Of a stretch of DNA of 64,000 bases, positions 11,751 to 25,772 are shown piece after piece; position 1 is the first letter of the stretch; each line of letters begins with the position of its first letter. The notes below the pieces were generated by a model. The model had not been told where the DNA came from, made no database searches, and saw only the letters and a list, made by a program, of their open reading frames with translations. The position numbers and the translations under genes were made by a program. The DNA is taken from NCBI GenBank assembly GCA_036172245.1, contig JAYWIR010000065.1:434001-498000 (forward strand), read 5' to 3'. The stretch is from Raillietiella orientalis (Eukaryota).

Positions 11751-14700
11751 CTCGTGACGACAGTTTGCAAAGGGCCTTCCTTGCAGCGTGAATTGCACGA
11801 CTTGCCCGCTTGCGCCAGGGCCCTTGGAAGAGCGCTCGTGGATCGAGTCACGCAGACTGCTCCAAAACGCTCCAGGAAGTCCTCAGGAAGTGGGGCTGTT
11901 AATTAGCCTAGTTTCGGCACTTCGTCCACTCGTCGGGATTTGGAAAAGAAACACAAAGTAAGAAATAAAAGAATCCAGACGAAACAACCTTTTTTTTTCT
12001 TTTTCTTTTTCCCAGTTATTGGTTTACTACTTTGTTTTTGATCCAAAAGAAAGATTCTTTGTGGACAACAGCACAACGCTTTCGGGACTCCAAAATGAAG
12101 CAGATTCCATAAAACAAAGCACGAGCCTTCTTGCAATCATTTTCAATCATTTCCTCTGTGAATTCACACTGAAGATCGGTCCATACAAAAGAAAAAAAGC
12201 TGCAAATCTTGATTTTGTTTTTCCAGCTTCAGCTTGAAAATAAGGAGCTGTGCATGGATTTGCAAGAGAGAGTAGTGATGATGATGATATCAGATTCTTG
12301 ACGAAGCTTCAGAATGCTGTGACCACAGGGAGGGAATGAATCTCGGAGCTGGCCAGCGCCTCTCCGGAAGTTTGGAATCCGAGGGCTTCTAACAGTTCTT
12401 CATTGGCTGGAGGCTCTCATGTGCTGAACATAAACAGATTTCTTTTGGCACTTGAGGAAATGAGAAAGTCATATTCACAACGTCCAGAATTCATGTTACG
12501 CGTGGGAAGGATGAATGTGGGCGTAGTGGAGGAGATGGTGGGAGTAAAGACGTGAATGATCTCAAAGAAGTGTCATTTAGTTGGCTATTTCTATAGCACT
12601 TTTTTTTTTTTTCGAGGTGATTGCACTTTACATGTACATTGGTATTTTTTTGCACGATATGGCATAAAGAAAATTCGGTTTCTGCTGTAAAAAAAAAAAA
12701 AAAAAGTCTTTATGTTTTTTAAGACAATCTCGAAAATTCCCAGTAGGTATTCCTGCTTCGAAAGAGATCCGTTAACTGTGGGTTGAGGGTATTCCGTTGA
12801 GAACATTCAGACAGATTGCTGATCAGTTAATGCTGCGTATGGAACGGAGCTTCCAGACTAGAGGTCAAGAAAGCAGTTGCAGTTTCTTTTGCTCATTTGA
12901 GTGAGGTACATTTGCACCATCGGAAACGATCGCCATTTAGTTTAACCGTCTATATAATAAAAGGCGATAACCACTATTATAGTTTCAATAGAGCAGTGTG
13001 TGACTTCAGATATCTATAAAACGGTTGTTATATCCTTTCTTGAATGACTTCTGATCGGGGAAGAGGGAGGAAAAAAAAGGCCGATTGAGAACAAGCTATT
13101 CTCAATTCGCTTTTTTGCGTCCAAATGGAATGCGAACGCTTATGGGATTTCGGTACAAACGACGCACAAGTGGAAGGTAGAGATGAGAGGATTCGTATTT
13201 ACTGAAGTGTAGAAAGGCGTTCGGCTTCGAATTTCGCTTCTAAGACCAATAAATTGGCACATATTTTTTCCAGACCACCTTCCCCTCTTTATTCTAGCTT
13301 GCGCAGCTTGGAAGTGGAAAGATGGCAGGATCAGTACCAAGGAAGAAAGGACGGATTCCTCTATGTTCTCAGATCTACAGGAACGAATTTGAAGACGGTA
13401 AAGGCGATATCAGGAAACAGCAAGTTGAAAACTCAGAGATGGATAGCAGCAGCCGTCCACCGGCACTATTTGTTGCATTCCCGTTTCCCCTTGTAGGTGT
13501 TCCCTTTGAAAAGAACCCATTAGGTTACTAGCTGAAGACTGACCAACCGGTGGACATTTAGAAAAAAAATCGGTGGTCTATGGACAAGTTATTGATTGCT
13601 TCCTTCAGTAGTGAACCGGCCCATTGCCGGTTCACTACTGAAGCCTTTCTGCCTGCACCGTTTCGAATACTGCCCGCGTGCTACCTTAGGCCTAGGAGAT
13701 TATGAATTTTCTAGAATTTGTCATCTATCTGGGAATCAGTTCTTATTTCTATCTGCCAGCTCAAGAACATTCACCAAGAGATGAATTTACAATAGCCTGC
13801 AGAACGTGACAATTGCAGTCTCGAAATCTCTGCCGAAAAAGTGCTCCATCTTGCCCCCCCTTACATTCGGTTCATTCATGCGCACGTTATTGAGCTCATT
13901 TCTCACTTTCAGATGTGAGATAAGCATCCTTAAACAGATATTGCGGTCGTTGCAGCGAGAGCCTCCAAACGTCGGTGCTGTATCCCAATGCCGAAATTTC
14001 AGAAAATCCTGCTCACTATTGACGAAACCCACTGTTTTCTTATTCTTCTTCAAGTTGTTTATTTTCATCAGGAGATTCTGGAATCACCGTAGCTAGATAG
14101 ATCTTCAGTGTCTGCAACAACATAAATGCACCCAGGAATCTATAGACCACAGAGAACACACAATGAAATGGGCATAATTCGAATATGCTCTGTCGACTGC
14201 ATAAGAGTGGGCTATTTCCGTGCTTCCCGTGTTGGCCGAAATTGACCACTGTGGATCGACTACTTGGTGGAATCCACAAATAAAATGCTCGAAAAATCTT
14301 TTTTCACGCATTGGTGAATACGTTTTGCTCTTTTTTCCTTACAGATCATTTCAGTCTTTTCTCATGCTCGACATGATAAAGCGGAATGAACCACAAAAAC
14401 TCATAGACACTGGGAATGAGAAAATCAGGAAAAAGAGAGAGCCTCCATACGACCAGTTTCTTTGCACTACCAACAGCGCCCGACAGATATCAATGTTAAT
14501 TTCCGAAAAGTCCATTTTCCTCATTTCATCATCAGTTTTGGATTTGCCCACCGTGCATCACTCTATTCTCTTTCGCAAGGTCGTTTCCTGCAGATAAACA
14601 AATGGAATCGTGATTTTTAGATCGAAAAGCACGGCCGTTCTCGAGACCGTTTCCTACATGTAATTCATATTGAAAATCTTCCTCAAACCCTTCGTTCCTC

Positions 14701-16335
14701 TCTTCAAAATCAAGCCAATGATCGTAACTTCCCAAGCTCACGGTCCAGTCAACATTTGATGGATTGCAAACATTCATAAAATGTTTCTAAAGAGTGCTCA
14801 GCAGTGTGGCTTTCTGCTGCTATTCAATGATTCTGCTGTCGTTCAGAGAGGGAAATCTTCACGAAACGACGACGGAGCTTTCAGAGTTGAAATTTGTTTA
14901 GAATTCTTGCAATAGTTCGAGTTCGGATATCTATAATGTAGCAAAAAACTGTTACTTATGATATTCCGGAAAAATAGTATCAGTGTGTTCTTAATGTTTT
15001 CACGGTTTTCCATGAAGATTTGGGGCCAGAAATTGGGCTGTGTCCGATTCAAGGATGTGGGCATGATCTGCTCACCCAGAGCTATATATTTAGACGATCG
15101 TTTGCCTTAAAAAGAAATCGAAAGATGCTATTTAGAAATCCGCTAATATTTCAAAACAGCAATTTATCCGGAAAAACTTCAAAAACCTGGATATTCTCGA
15201 AGGTTTCATCGAAAGTTTTCGCAGTTATAAGTTACCGCACTGCATTGAAGTACGTTGAATGTCTCACTTAATTCCTTAACCAGAATAAAGGCCTTCTTCA
15301 GTAAATTAATTCGCCAATCCGCATTCTGAGACAAAGACATCCTAGCAAATCGAACCATTGAAGGCAGAAGTTTGCATTTCTTTTTAGCATTTTCATTTGA
15401 AAAATGTTTCTATAGATGATGATCAGTTGGTTATACGTTCGATTCCTCTACCATTAAGTATTACCAGAGAAATAAAGACTTCACTGATCTGCAAGCTGAA
15501 TGAGAAATCATCGAGGCGAAAACAAAATGATACCCCAAATTCTGTAATAAAAAAAGGCACTAAGAATAATCTATGGATGGACTTTTTTTGATCTTTGGCA
15601 CATTTATGTTCTGATCTTCAGTACCAATAATGAGGAAAATTTTCCGTTGTACGTCATATCAAATTTGTAGAAGCAAGCTGTAGAACTTTTCATACGAAAA
15701 AATTAGTGTTACAGAATCACATTGCATCTTTTCACTACAAAATAAGACGAAAAATATGGACCCTCTCTGCAAAGTCATTTAGCAACTTTGAAAGATCCCT
15801 GATGGAAAGATTTCTTGCAGATTCCGTTTCCTGAAGTTACCGGTTAAAAACGAAGACGAAGTGTTTCTATTATCCCACATTATACGTAGGCACAGATTAC
15901 CTGTTAATGCATCAATTGTAATAATTCTGAATGATTACTTTTGCTACCGAGAAGTATTCTTGCAAAAGAGAAAATCTGATACAGAAATAAAGCCAACGAG
16001 TATGCACACTTTATACATGTCTAAGGCAATATAGTACATGACGAAAATAATGGAGTATGGATGTCCTGACGGTCAATTGAGACAAAAGGTGCTTCAATCT
16101 CAGAATCAGCCCTATTTGCACTTTAAAGATGATTTCACTAAATTCACGAAGAGACAGAAGGATTTTCAAAAATGCGTTGTTAAAAAGCAACACTGGTAGG
16201 GAAAAACAAATTTTAAAGATTCTTTTGCAGGCTGACGTTCACAATGTGATTGGAGCAAACCACAAGGAGTTAATCACAACATAAAGGTTGCTTTTAATGA
16301 ATTTTATTCTTAAAGAACAACCTTTCTGATTTCCT

Positions 16336-16404
16336 TGAATGAAGTATAGTGGTTCAGATTTAACATATGTTTGAGTCAATATCGCGCGCATCTCGTGTAA
16401 GGTG
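16336..16404 (+). repeat. ~69-bp direct repeat, copy 1 (partner at 21447-21514)
   Basis: TGAATGAAGTATAGTGGTTCAGATTTAACAT..TTTGAGTCAAT.ATCGCGCGCATCTCGTGTAAGGTG is nearly identical to 21447-21514. Confidence 0.9.
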
Positions 16405-17702
16405 CCAGCTCCTTAAGAAAATTTCTTGGGTAGCAGCTGACAGCTTCATAGCATGATGTTAACAGTAGATTACTAGACTTACAGGAAGAGGAACTCATCG
16501 GACTTCCTGAAACTGCATTAGAATAAAATATCGATATAAAAACTGCAACTGAATAAGATTTGAGGTTCAGGTAATTGAAGAGAAAGCGAAATGAATATCC
16601 AAAGAATGCCCTGAACAAAGTTTCGTAAGATAACACACAAAAAGAATCCATACTTAAAACTGCAAGTATCCACGGTTGCAGTTCCAAATTTTAAACTACT
16701 ACATACCAAGAATTCAAGATAACTGCTTGATTAAGGTAGATGGCATCCTTCATCTTGCAGCACCGATTTCAATTGTGAGGATATGGATTTCCAGCCATCG
16801 TCCGCAGGGCAGGGTTCAAGTATTCGGAAAAGAATGTGTGCTTTTATCTAGGGCTATGATGACATACGCCGGAAATCAAATTCTTTTGATAACGCCTCAG
16901 AAAGAAAGGAATGGCGGTACTGAATGGACTCACAAAGCAGTGGAACTTTCTGGCACTTCAAGGATTTTCCAACTTGTGATTTTAATTATTAGACAGAAGG
17001 GAACAAAAAGGGTTTCCTTATCTACTAAATTATGCGACAAATTGCCGTATTCTTCACCGCAGTTTACTTGCTTCAGTGGTGCAATGAGGATTGGTGCCCC
17101 TTCCCTGGTACCCTCTTTCTCGAGCGAGTAAACGCGTGAAGTCTTTGACTTCGAGTTCCTTGTGAATTCTTCGCTGGCAGGCAGAAAAGTTCCTTTATCG
17201 ATCTTTCTTCAGAAATGCAAAGAGTACGATTGAAGAGAGACTTGTGAATTGTGTCGTTCATTATAATATTCAGAATTAAGGTTCACTATTTATTAATGTA
17301 AATCACTTTCTATCCTGGATATATTTTTTTTTCTATTCTCGCCATACAACAGACTGAATCATTACTACTTTCAATATCTCGCATTACAAATCACCCGACT
17401 ATGTATTAAAATACTTTTGTATTTTTTTTTGTAAGGAGAAAAAAACAAAAGCATGGTTATCCGATATAAAACATAGATCCGATATTCCACCGAAACAAAA
17501 TTCCACGTTTTCGTATCTCAACAAGACTTCAACAAATCTCTCATCGTCCATGGCAATCTACAAACTGTCATCGAGAAGAAACTCCTATTCTGGTCTGTGC
17601 TGTGATCCAGTAGAGTCACCACTACATTCTTTCCACATACAGAGGATGGATGATCCATCCAATACTGCACCCTGATATGTATCCATGTAGATGAAAAGGA
17701 CT

Positions 17703-20700
17703 TCAAACATTGGTTGACTCCAGCAGTTTAGAGTTAACAACTGCCTCATGTGCAGTCTCTTCAATTCTCCACTGAAAAATACTTCCATCTCGTCCTCCAG
17801 CTGATATAAGATGCTGGTCATCATAAAGGAAACAGACTTGGGTGACATGGCTACTATGTCCAGTGTATACATGGCTCATTGTCTAAAAGCATTCTGATAC
17901 ATGCAACTTAATTTTGGCAATCATACTTACAGTTGGCTGACTGGCTGGATAAGAAAATAGTTTAACTGTACCATCTTCCTCGCCTGTAGCCAAAAGTTTT
18001 ACTTTGTGCCCCCGACAACAAGCATTAATTTCTGTGCCCTGTACACCTTCAGGCCAAATGCCCAGCACTGTACTACTGATAGTGCATGTTTCTGTGGTCC
18101 ATTCCACATCACGCACCTTGTATGTCTGAGTTACTTGTTGGCAATCACTGACATGCCCTAACACAATGGGTGAAAATGCCCTTTCAACTTATCATCCATC
18201 TTACAGAATTGGAGTTGATAACTGGCAGATGTGGTGCGCAAATACATTCCATCTACAGACCAGTCCAATCCATTAATAGGAGAATTATGGCCCTATAATG
18301 ATGTGACTAACAAGTTCATCATCACATCAGTCTCACTTGCACTGACCTGGCAAACACCCAACCTTGATACAAGACTTCCATCTGCTTGCATCTGATATAT
18401 AAACAGCTGACCACTTTGAGTTCCAAGTGCCAAGCAGGTACTGTCGGGAGAGAAACGACAAGTCTGAATAGGACTGGTGCCATCCATGTGACGAAAAACG
18501 ACTTGCATAGTACACAAATTGAGCAATGTCCACTGTCCAGTAACTCCACCAACAGCAATTAACACACCATTAGGGGAGAAGCATACGGATTGAATACTAT
18601 CCTGGAAACCCTTTGAATCAACTGTAGACCCTCCATACATACTTCCCATTCCTGGATCCATTTTGGCTCATGGGTAACTAAATCCCACATTTTTAACAAG
18701 CAATCATGAGCCCCACATACTATGTAGGGTTGAGTAGGGTGACAGTCAAGTGCAGGAAATTCAGCTATGTGACCACTGATCACCAATTTCATCTCTAAGG
18801 CATCAGATGCCAACAGGATGCAATTGTGTGTGGTGCCCACAATCAGCTGAGAATTTTTCCCCATTACAAGTGCTCGTACTCGACCATAAAGAGGAGGTAT
18901 CTGCCAAAAAAAATTATTTAAGCACAAATACTATCAGTTGTTGCTACCGTAGTTTCCAGTCCAGTCTTATGTCCTACACAGTTCCAGGCTACAATGCGAC
19001 CATCCTTGCCTCCTCCAGACAAAAGAGTTCCTTCTGCTCTTCTAAGAAGTGCAAATACACTGCCATCATGAGCATGACGAATGATATTGGCAACACTGTT
19101 ACCACCAAGGGACCAGACCATTATGTTGCCATTTGAATCTCCTGAGAGAATATCTCCATTCTCAGCAAAAGCTAAACAAGTAAGGTAGCGTGGCTTCTCC
19201 CGAGGATCCATGACTCCGAGGCGACGATGCAAACCTCCATTACCATCAATAGTCCAAAAATGGATGTGACCTTTGCCACACAAAACTAAGCTATTCTTCT
19301 CAAATGGGTGCCATTCAATAGCCAGCACTATGTCAGGTGCAGCCTAGATAAGGCATTTCATACCATCCAACTTTATCTAGCAACTTACTTTCACTTCAAA
19401 AAGACGTTTGTTTTGCTGCCAATGCCAGATTGTTAACTGATGATCCATGCTCTCATCTACAACAGCCAGAAGAATTCCACCATCCTAAAGCAAACAAAAA
19501 ATGCCTCGATTTATGTTGACCATGCTTACAGCATAGGAAAAAGCATGACAAGCAACTCCACGAAATGGACCCAGAACATGCAAAGTGTGTAAAGTAGCTG
19601 AATCCCAGATTCTGATGTTGGCCTGCAATGAGATGAGTAAAGAATGATCAAATTACTCTCACCGTTAGATGTTTGCTGTTTCCTGCACCTTGAGCAGAGG
19701 CCACTAAAACCCGATTGGGATGCACTGCCATACTGATAGTATTACAGACACATATGCTCTACATGTTTCAGCATCTTTACATACCATTTGACATCTGAAG
19801 TATGACCAAAGTAATGCCTCTGCACATTATCAACAGCATGATGAAGAACAACTACCAATCCCACAAAATACAACAGTTCCCCAGTGGGCAACCAGAATAA
19901 ATTTTGTCGGCAATCTCGCCCTCGATAACCGTAACTGACACTCCATTAAGTTCTTGCTGTATAGTGCACCAAACAAAGGATACACCCACTCAAGGTGAAG
20001 TTCATAATGAGGAGGAGGTATGACAGAAGATAAAGAATATGTATCTTTTATCGCACTGGGCACATATATAGTCAATGATTGACCACGCAGCTGACAATGG
20101 ATACTACCTTCTTTGGTCTTTAAACTGATATCTCGAAGCCTAACAAAGTCAACAATTCGAAGTCAATACTTTCTACTTACCCTCCTTTCAAAGCAATAGT
20201 ACGCTGAGCGGTGGGAGTACCATGTCCACTCCTTGGGCTCCTCGTAAAACTTCTGCCAATACTTTGATTGCTAAAGAGCTAATCAATGATGCTGCTTGCC
20301 AATAGTCTACTAAGGTTACCCATGACTTGCCAAGCTGCTGTTTGAACCATATACATCTGGAGATCTGCCTGCTCCCCCAAAATCAGTTGCAGAAACCCAA
20401 CGACGACTTGATTTTAAATCTACTCCACTTGGAGTACATTTGGGAGATCCATTTTTGCAGTTATTTTCAAATCTATTTCCGCTATCTTTCCAAGAATGTC
20501 TAAACACCAATGTATAAGACAACTTACAATACTCTTACTTAAATGGAGACTTTCGCTGTGAAACTGCTGAATGTGCTTCTAGAAACATCTCTTCATTTTC
20601 TGGAAGCTGATAGACCGCCCTTTTGCCTGCAAAAGTATGGGATCACTAGATGATGATTAAGCAAGAAAACTCATTCACCACTTTTAAGAGATTCCAGAAG

Positions 20701-20976
20701 TTGTAAACGCTGTAGAATGTCAACTATGGAAGCATGCAAATTAGCAATTTCATTTCCTTGCTGCTGAACCTTATTTTCCAAACTGATGATGTAATTCTGT
20801 AGCCCATTTCCTGAAGATTGGTTTCTCTAGCTTTCTAATGAGATTCAGTTCACCATACCTGAGTTTTCCTCTGACACAGAATGAGACAACAAACCATTAT
20901 TTACAATATGATTTGGTTGTTCATTTTCAACAGGATTGTCCTCAACAGTGCCCTGAATGTTTGACTGCAAATGCAT
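17703..20976 (-). CDS. EML: Echinoderm microtubule-associated protein-like (EMAP/EML family), multi-exon
   Basis: Spliced translation gives an N-terminal trimerisation coil (IISLENKVQQQGNEIANLHASIVDILQRL), a HELP motif (PHYELHLEWV|YGYRGRDCRQNLFWLPTGELLYF) and WD40/TAPE repeats (CGKGHIHFW, SGDSNGNI, LSGGGKDG, VLGIWPEG, GHSSHVT..ISAGGRDGSIFQW). GT-AG introns are short. Stop TGA at 17703-17705. The ATG at 20976 is tentative because upstream exons are possible. Confidence 0.93.
19935..19983 (-). other. U12-type (minor spliceosome) GT-AG intron, 49 nt, within the EML HELP motif
   Basis: The 5' splice site is GTATCCTTT (U12 consensus). A branch-like AACTTAAT lies ~11-12 nt upstream of the AG, with no polypyrimidine tract. 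Removal restores EWV-YGYRG. Confidence 0.85.
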
Positions 20977-21446
20977 TATTCCAGAATTCACATTGCGCAA
21001 AGATAAAATAATCTGTTATGTTAGGAGACTTCTGATGTTTCAGTATGCTGTTAAAACATCTGAAATAAGAATACCAAATCAAGCACATGTGATTTTCTTT
21101 TCATAACTGCAAGTCACAAAAAGAACAAAAATGAAATAGCAAATTTAATAAAATGCTGATCAGAAATACATGAATTTATTGCATTTATGACTGAACTTGG
21201 TAAGATTACCTAATGACATTACAGTACACACAGTCTACACTTTATTTTCTGCATTTTTCATAATCACTTGTCAGGAAAAGCAAAGAAAATATAATATGAA
21301 AATACTTTCTCAGAGAAGAGCATAAACACTGTCACACATACCTGACAAATGTCTGAATTCTAAAAATCTTCTTTCAACTATAAACACTTTCATTCAGTGC
21401 AACACTTCACAGTTTCAAAAGTTATCATGCTCTTGTACTGAGTGAA

Positions 21447-21514
21447 TGAATGAAGTATGGTGCTTCAGATTTAGCATGTTTGAGTCAATTATCACGCGCA
21501 TCTCGTGTAAGGTG
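21447..21514 (+). repeat. ~69-bp direct repeat, copy 2
   Basis: Near-identical to 16336-16404. Confidence 0.9.
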
Positions 21515-22949
21515 TCAAATAACAAACGCCTATAAAAAACGCCACCTTAACTGACAGTTCCCAAAGAGAAGCAAGCAAAATAATTTACAGCTATACTCAT
21601 AAGTTCGAAGAAACATACCAATAAGCTGGCTTAAAACATGTTTTAAAAAATTGAAAAGGAGAAACTAACATTAAAAACACACCCTGCCAATATTATTACA
21701 TCACTTTAATCCATTAGCATATATTACCATTATCTATCAAATCAATAATCAATAATAAATGATCACGAACATCAATGTGTTAAGAAAACTTTAGCTTGCT
21801 AATTCTGCAGAGAAAATACAAGGAAAAACACACACACACACAGTGATACAATAGAATGGGGAGAAAAATTAAGCAAGACCTGAGTGGCAAAAAGCTAAAC
21901 ATCTAGCGTAGTCACCAAGGCTTAAGATATCCTTCTTATGACTAATAAGTTAGTCTCGTTTGAGACTTCAATTTTGATGTGTTCCTAATTTTTAAACATG
22001 TAGCTATGCTAGTGACCTGCAAAATTCTCCGGTTCACTTGTGATTGATGCACTTCACCAATTTGAAATATCAAACGATGAGTTTCAACCTAACGTGTATC
22101 AACTACTTGGCACTACTTCGTCATTTATAGCATATATCTTGAAAATAAATTACTGACACTACCCAATATAAGCTGATCAAATTTGAACCCAATTTGCAAA
22201 ATTCTTCTTCCTATTCTCTTCAAACTTGCTACTCTGTATGAGTTACCTCTCAGATTGCAAAATGAATACATGCAATAGTTGTTTCCTCAAGATTTCTTTG
22301 GGCACTATTACCATTTGACCCAATTGCATAAGCAGCTAATGTCAGCAACACATCCTATACAATTGAATTTATGGCTTAATCTAATGTACATTATTCATAA
22401 ATTCCACTAATAGGAATGTTTAGTTTTGTTTTTTCTGGTCACTTTGCGTGAATAGACCCCATTGGATTCTAACGAGATAAAATCTATGAAATGCATCCAT
22501 CACAACTACAAAGCTTTACATAGACATCTGGTGCTTATTCATAATAGCCCGGTGTGCTTTCATCGTGAAGGAATAGAAACAAACAATTGTTTTTGAAGAT
22601 TTGAAATTCAGAAACTGAATTCGAAAAAATCGAATAACTGTCTGCAATAAAACTACAATTCGGATTGAGATCTGACGCCCCATACTGAAATCGGTAAATA
22701 ACAGCTCCCAGAAGAAACCCCCACAAATGCAGCCTCACTCATGTTTCCCATTTCTTGCATTCAGAACAGTACATTTACTTAAAGCAAGATGTGCCTTGCA
22801 AAAGTATGTACCCTAGACACGTAACTGTGCTATGGGTTGTACCTCGTGCATACGGTACCTCTCGTGAGCACTTCATACTCACATTGCATTAAGTTTGATT
22901 GTGGGGCACAGAGCATGTTGTCAAAACAACACTGGTGAAGGCATTCATG

Positions 22950-23450
22950 CTTTCGAAAATCTTCTGAATGAACGGATGGCTCAGAGATCCCGGGCACTGC
23001 GGCAGAAACACGGCGGCTTGCGGAGAGCTTGAACTTCGCATACCAAATGTTTACACAGTGCAATCTCATGCGTTCCCCCAAACCATCGAAACGATCCTCA
23101 GCGGACGGCAACACGCCCAGTGCTTCAGCCACAGACTGGAAAGATCTCCCTCCGGCTGTGACGAAGATACAAAGCTGGAAAGATGCTCGGCCGCGCACTT
23201 TCCAGCTTCCGACGCAGTTGGCCACCGAAACCCTCCCACGCACAGCACAACGCCTGCACAGAGACCACGAACGAATTTATTGACGTATCCGTTGATGATC
23301 GGTGTATCCGTCGCCGAAGCTGTCCGCACAGGCAAAAAAAGTGAAAGCAGTTTAAGATTACATCCGCACACAATACACAATGAACCTTCGAGTGAAAATC
23401 TGTTGGAAGTGCACAGAACAGCTGGAGGCAGAATTTGGTGAAACCACCAG
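22950..23450 (+). mobile_element. Possible decayed non-LTR RT C-terminal remnant
   Basis: DWKDLPPAVTKIQSWKD resembles the post-RT 'W..l..ki..W' segment; CpG-rich relative to flanks; weak. Confidence 0.25.
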
Positions 23451-24142
23451 CCTCCGAAACAAGAGTATCCATGGAGCGAACGGCCAGGAAACAGGAAAGA
23501 TCCTGACCTGAAAAACCCAGATGTCTGACGTGAATTAGGGTTCGGAGGTTTGCTTGTGTACGGAGAAAAAACTGAACCGAAACATTTCGGTAGAATTCAA
23601 TCCACACCATTTGTGGCTCCCTCCCCCCCCCCCCCTCGCCCTCTCCCTTCTTTCTAACACTTTATTGCGCAATTCAGTCTATCCACCGTCTTGAGAACAG
23701 AATACTCGCCGTCGAGCTCGAAATATCGAAATCCGGACAAGGTGAAAGGGAAATCTGCACAAAGACCGACAGCAAAAATGTGAGCAAGAATGGCTTCAAG
23801 AAAAACATGAATTTTTTCGTTTACGTGTGATCAGTATTCTAAAAGAAAAAAAAAAAAAACGGCATGAGGGGACGTATTGCAATTAGTCAACAGATTTTTT
23901 GACTGGTACAAGATCTTTTGGCTGATTCCAACATAAAACTGCACAAACATCAATGAGCCTACGTCCTGAAACGCATCTGTGAAAATTATTCACGGAATGT
24001 AAAAATCAGTTGTCAAAATTATAAGTTAGCTTATGGATAAAGATTCACAATTTAAAAACGTTCTTGCTTACATTCACAAAACAGATGGTGAGAATGGAAC
24101 ATCATAGGAAAAGGAAAAAGAAAAACGAAGATAATTTAGCTC

Positions 24143-24600
24143 TCATCCTGATTTGAAAAATCTAGATGACCTAGAAAGTGTAACAAATCTGTCCAAGTAT
24201 GCCCTAAAAGAGCTGTAATCAAAGCATCTACTCTCCAAAGACCTCAGCTGATTCTGTTCTCTTGCAAGTCCTAATAGGAAAGATGCTGTTCCCTTATCCG
24301 TGTTAATCACTGGTCTCCATAGATGATAAAGTTCTGGGAACATCCTTGCTTTGAAGCTTTCTTCCACTCATAATCATCAAAGATCTCGTTAACTGGATCT
24401 TCTCTTGCCTTATGAGCATTACTGCTAGAATCGCTACCCACTCTACGGTCTGTCCCAAGAGCCCCAGGACCTCAAGACGTAGCACTTATAAGGGTCAGAC
24501 GATCAAGCATTCCGATGCCCATGAGAAAATCCTTTCAGGACCTAATATAAAACATCCAAGTATTTTTCCAGAGCACTGACCGTTCTCCCAAAGAGTCGGT
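24143..24600 (-). pseudogene. Candidate endogenous fragment of a mononega/chu-like virus L polymerase
   Basis: PELYHLWRPVINTDKG resembles the L-protein ELYGLxRxWGHPxIN..G block but lacks WGH; YLDVLY*VLKGF lies upstream; stops and frameshifts present. Confidence 0.3.
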
Positions 24601-24909
24601 GAACCTGCGGGAGATCCAGGTTATCTTTCGCAATCCGAACGCTGCAGCAGGCAGGCATATGGGCAGCAAACGCGTCGGTCATGTCACTACAGCAAGAGGA
24701 GGAGGCAGGCAGCCTCTTCGTGTGCAGAACACGCTTCTCTCGGCAGCAGCGAGACCAAAGCGCGGAAGATAGAGACGCAAAACGGGACAGCCAGCAGTTT
24801 TCGCATCTCCAAATCCCCCGTAACGCTCTCTCGTGCCTTCGAGAAGGGCCACTCGTCTCGAAGACGATTCATATGACTGAATCGGCCGAATCGGCACTTC
24901 TTCGCGGTA

Positions 24910-25330
24910 GTGGAAAACGGCCGCAAAGTGTCCTTTAGGACAGCAGTCGCGCCGCAAGGGACGAACGCTAGCGGATATCCGGGGCCGGGGCTTTGGGGGA
25001 AAGGAAATTGCTTCGACACTCCCGTGAGAAGGCCTCGGCTATGCGCATCGCCTGTGCTGCAAGCGGGCGCCATGCTGGCAATGCGATCACGTGGAGCAAG
25101 GATGAGTGAGTGTGGACGGCAGCCGATAATTGCGCCCGTACCTCCTATTCCCCTGCGAGCGGAAGAGGTACGACAAACGACGAGATCGCTTAGCTTATCA
25201 CAGCTTCCAGAGTGTGACCTTGGGATATCCCATGAATCGACTGCAGTGCGACGCAAGCTTTCCCCACAGGCGCTCCTGCTGCCTAAGCTGCTGGCAACGA
25301 AAGCTGATGCCAGTTTTCTCTTTCATTAAT
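24910..25330 (+). mobile_element. Decayed non-LTR RT N-terminal remnant
   Basis: PIPLRAEEVRQTTRSLSLSQLPECDLGISHES..LSPQALL resembles 'P.t.eEv..ai.s....PG.DG...ef...l.p.L'. Confidence 0.4.
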
Positions 25331-25708
25331 CTCGGCTGCATCAAAAGTAATAATGATGATAATAAAATGAGGCATTCATTCTGATGAAAAAAGCGTTCCA
25401 GAAGCATCCTTCTGGATGTATGCTTCGTGCCTAGCAGCTTTTGTGTGTTATGTGTTCTGTGTGTTTTTTAATTCCCCCGCAGCTTGACCAGGAACGAAAG
25501 CGGGTGAAGAACGGAGCTTCTATAATCCTCTAGTGATGGACCTATTTTGACTCGAATGCACAGCGGGAGAGGCGATGAGACCCTGAGCCTCTGTGACTGC
25601 GCGCGCGCACGCTAGCGAGTCCAAGAAATCGCACGAATCCGTTTCGGAGAATCTCTCGGTGGCCGAATGAACGACCCCACTTGTGGGACGAGGCACCAGT
25701 GTGCGATA

Positions 25709-25772
25709 CCGCGATCCTGCACTGTCTTGAATCATCTCAACCGCGATCCTGCACTGTCCTGAATCATCTCAA
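25709..25772 (+). repeat. 32-bp tandem duplication
   Basis: CCGCGATCCTGCACTGTC(T/C)TGAATCATCTCAA occurs twice with one mismatch. Confidence 0.95.

Noticed and set aside
13780..15600. Possible decayed multi-exon membrane-protein gene (e.g. LQTLKIYLATVIPESP, anoctamin-like)
   Set aside because: There are splice-like signals, but I could not assemble a consistent frame or a second supporting motif; it needs BLASTX.
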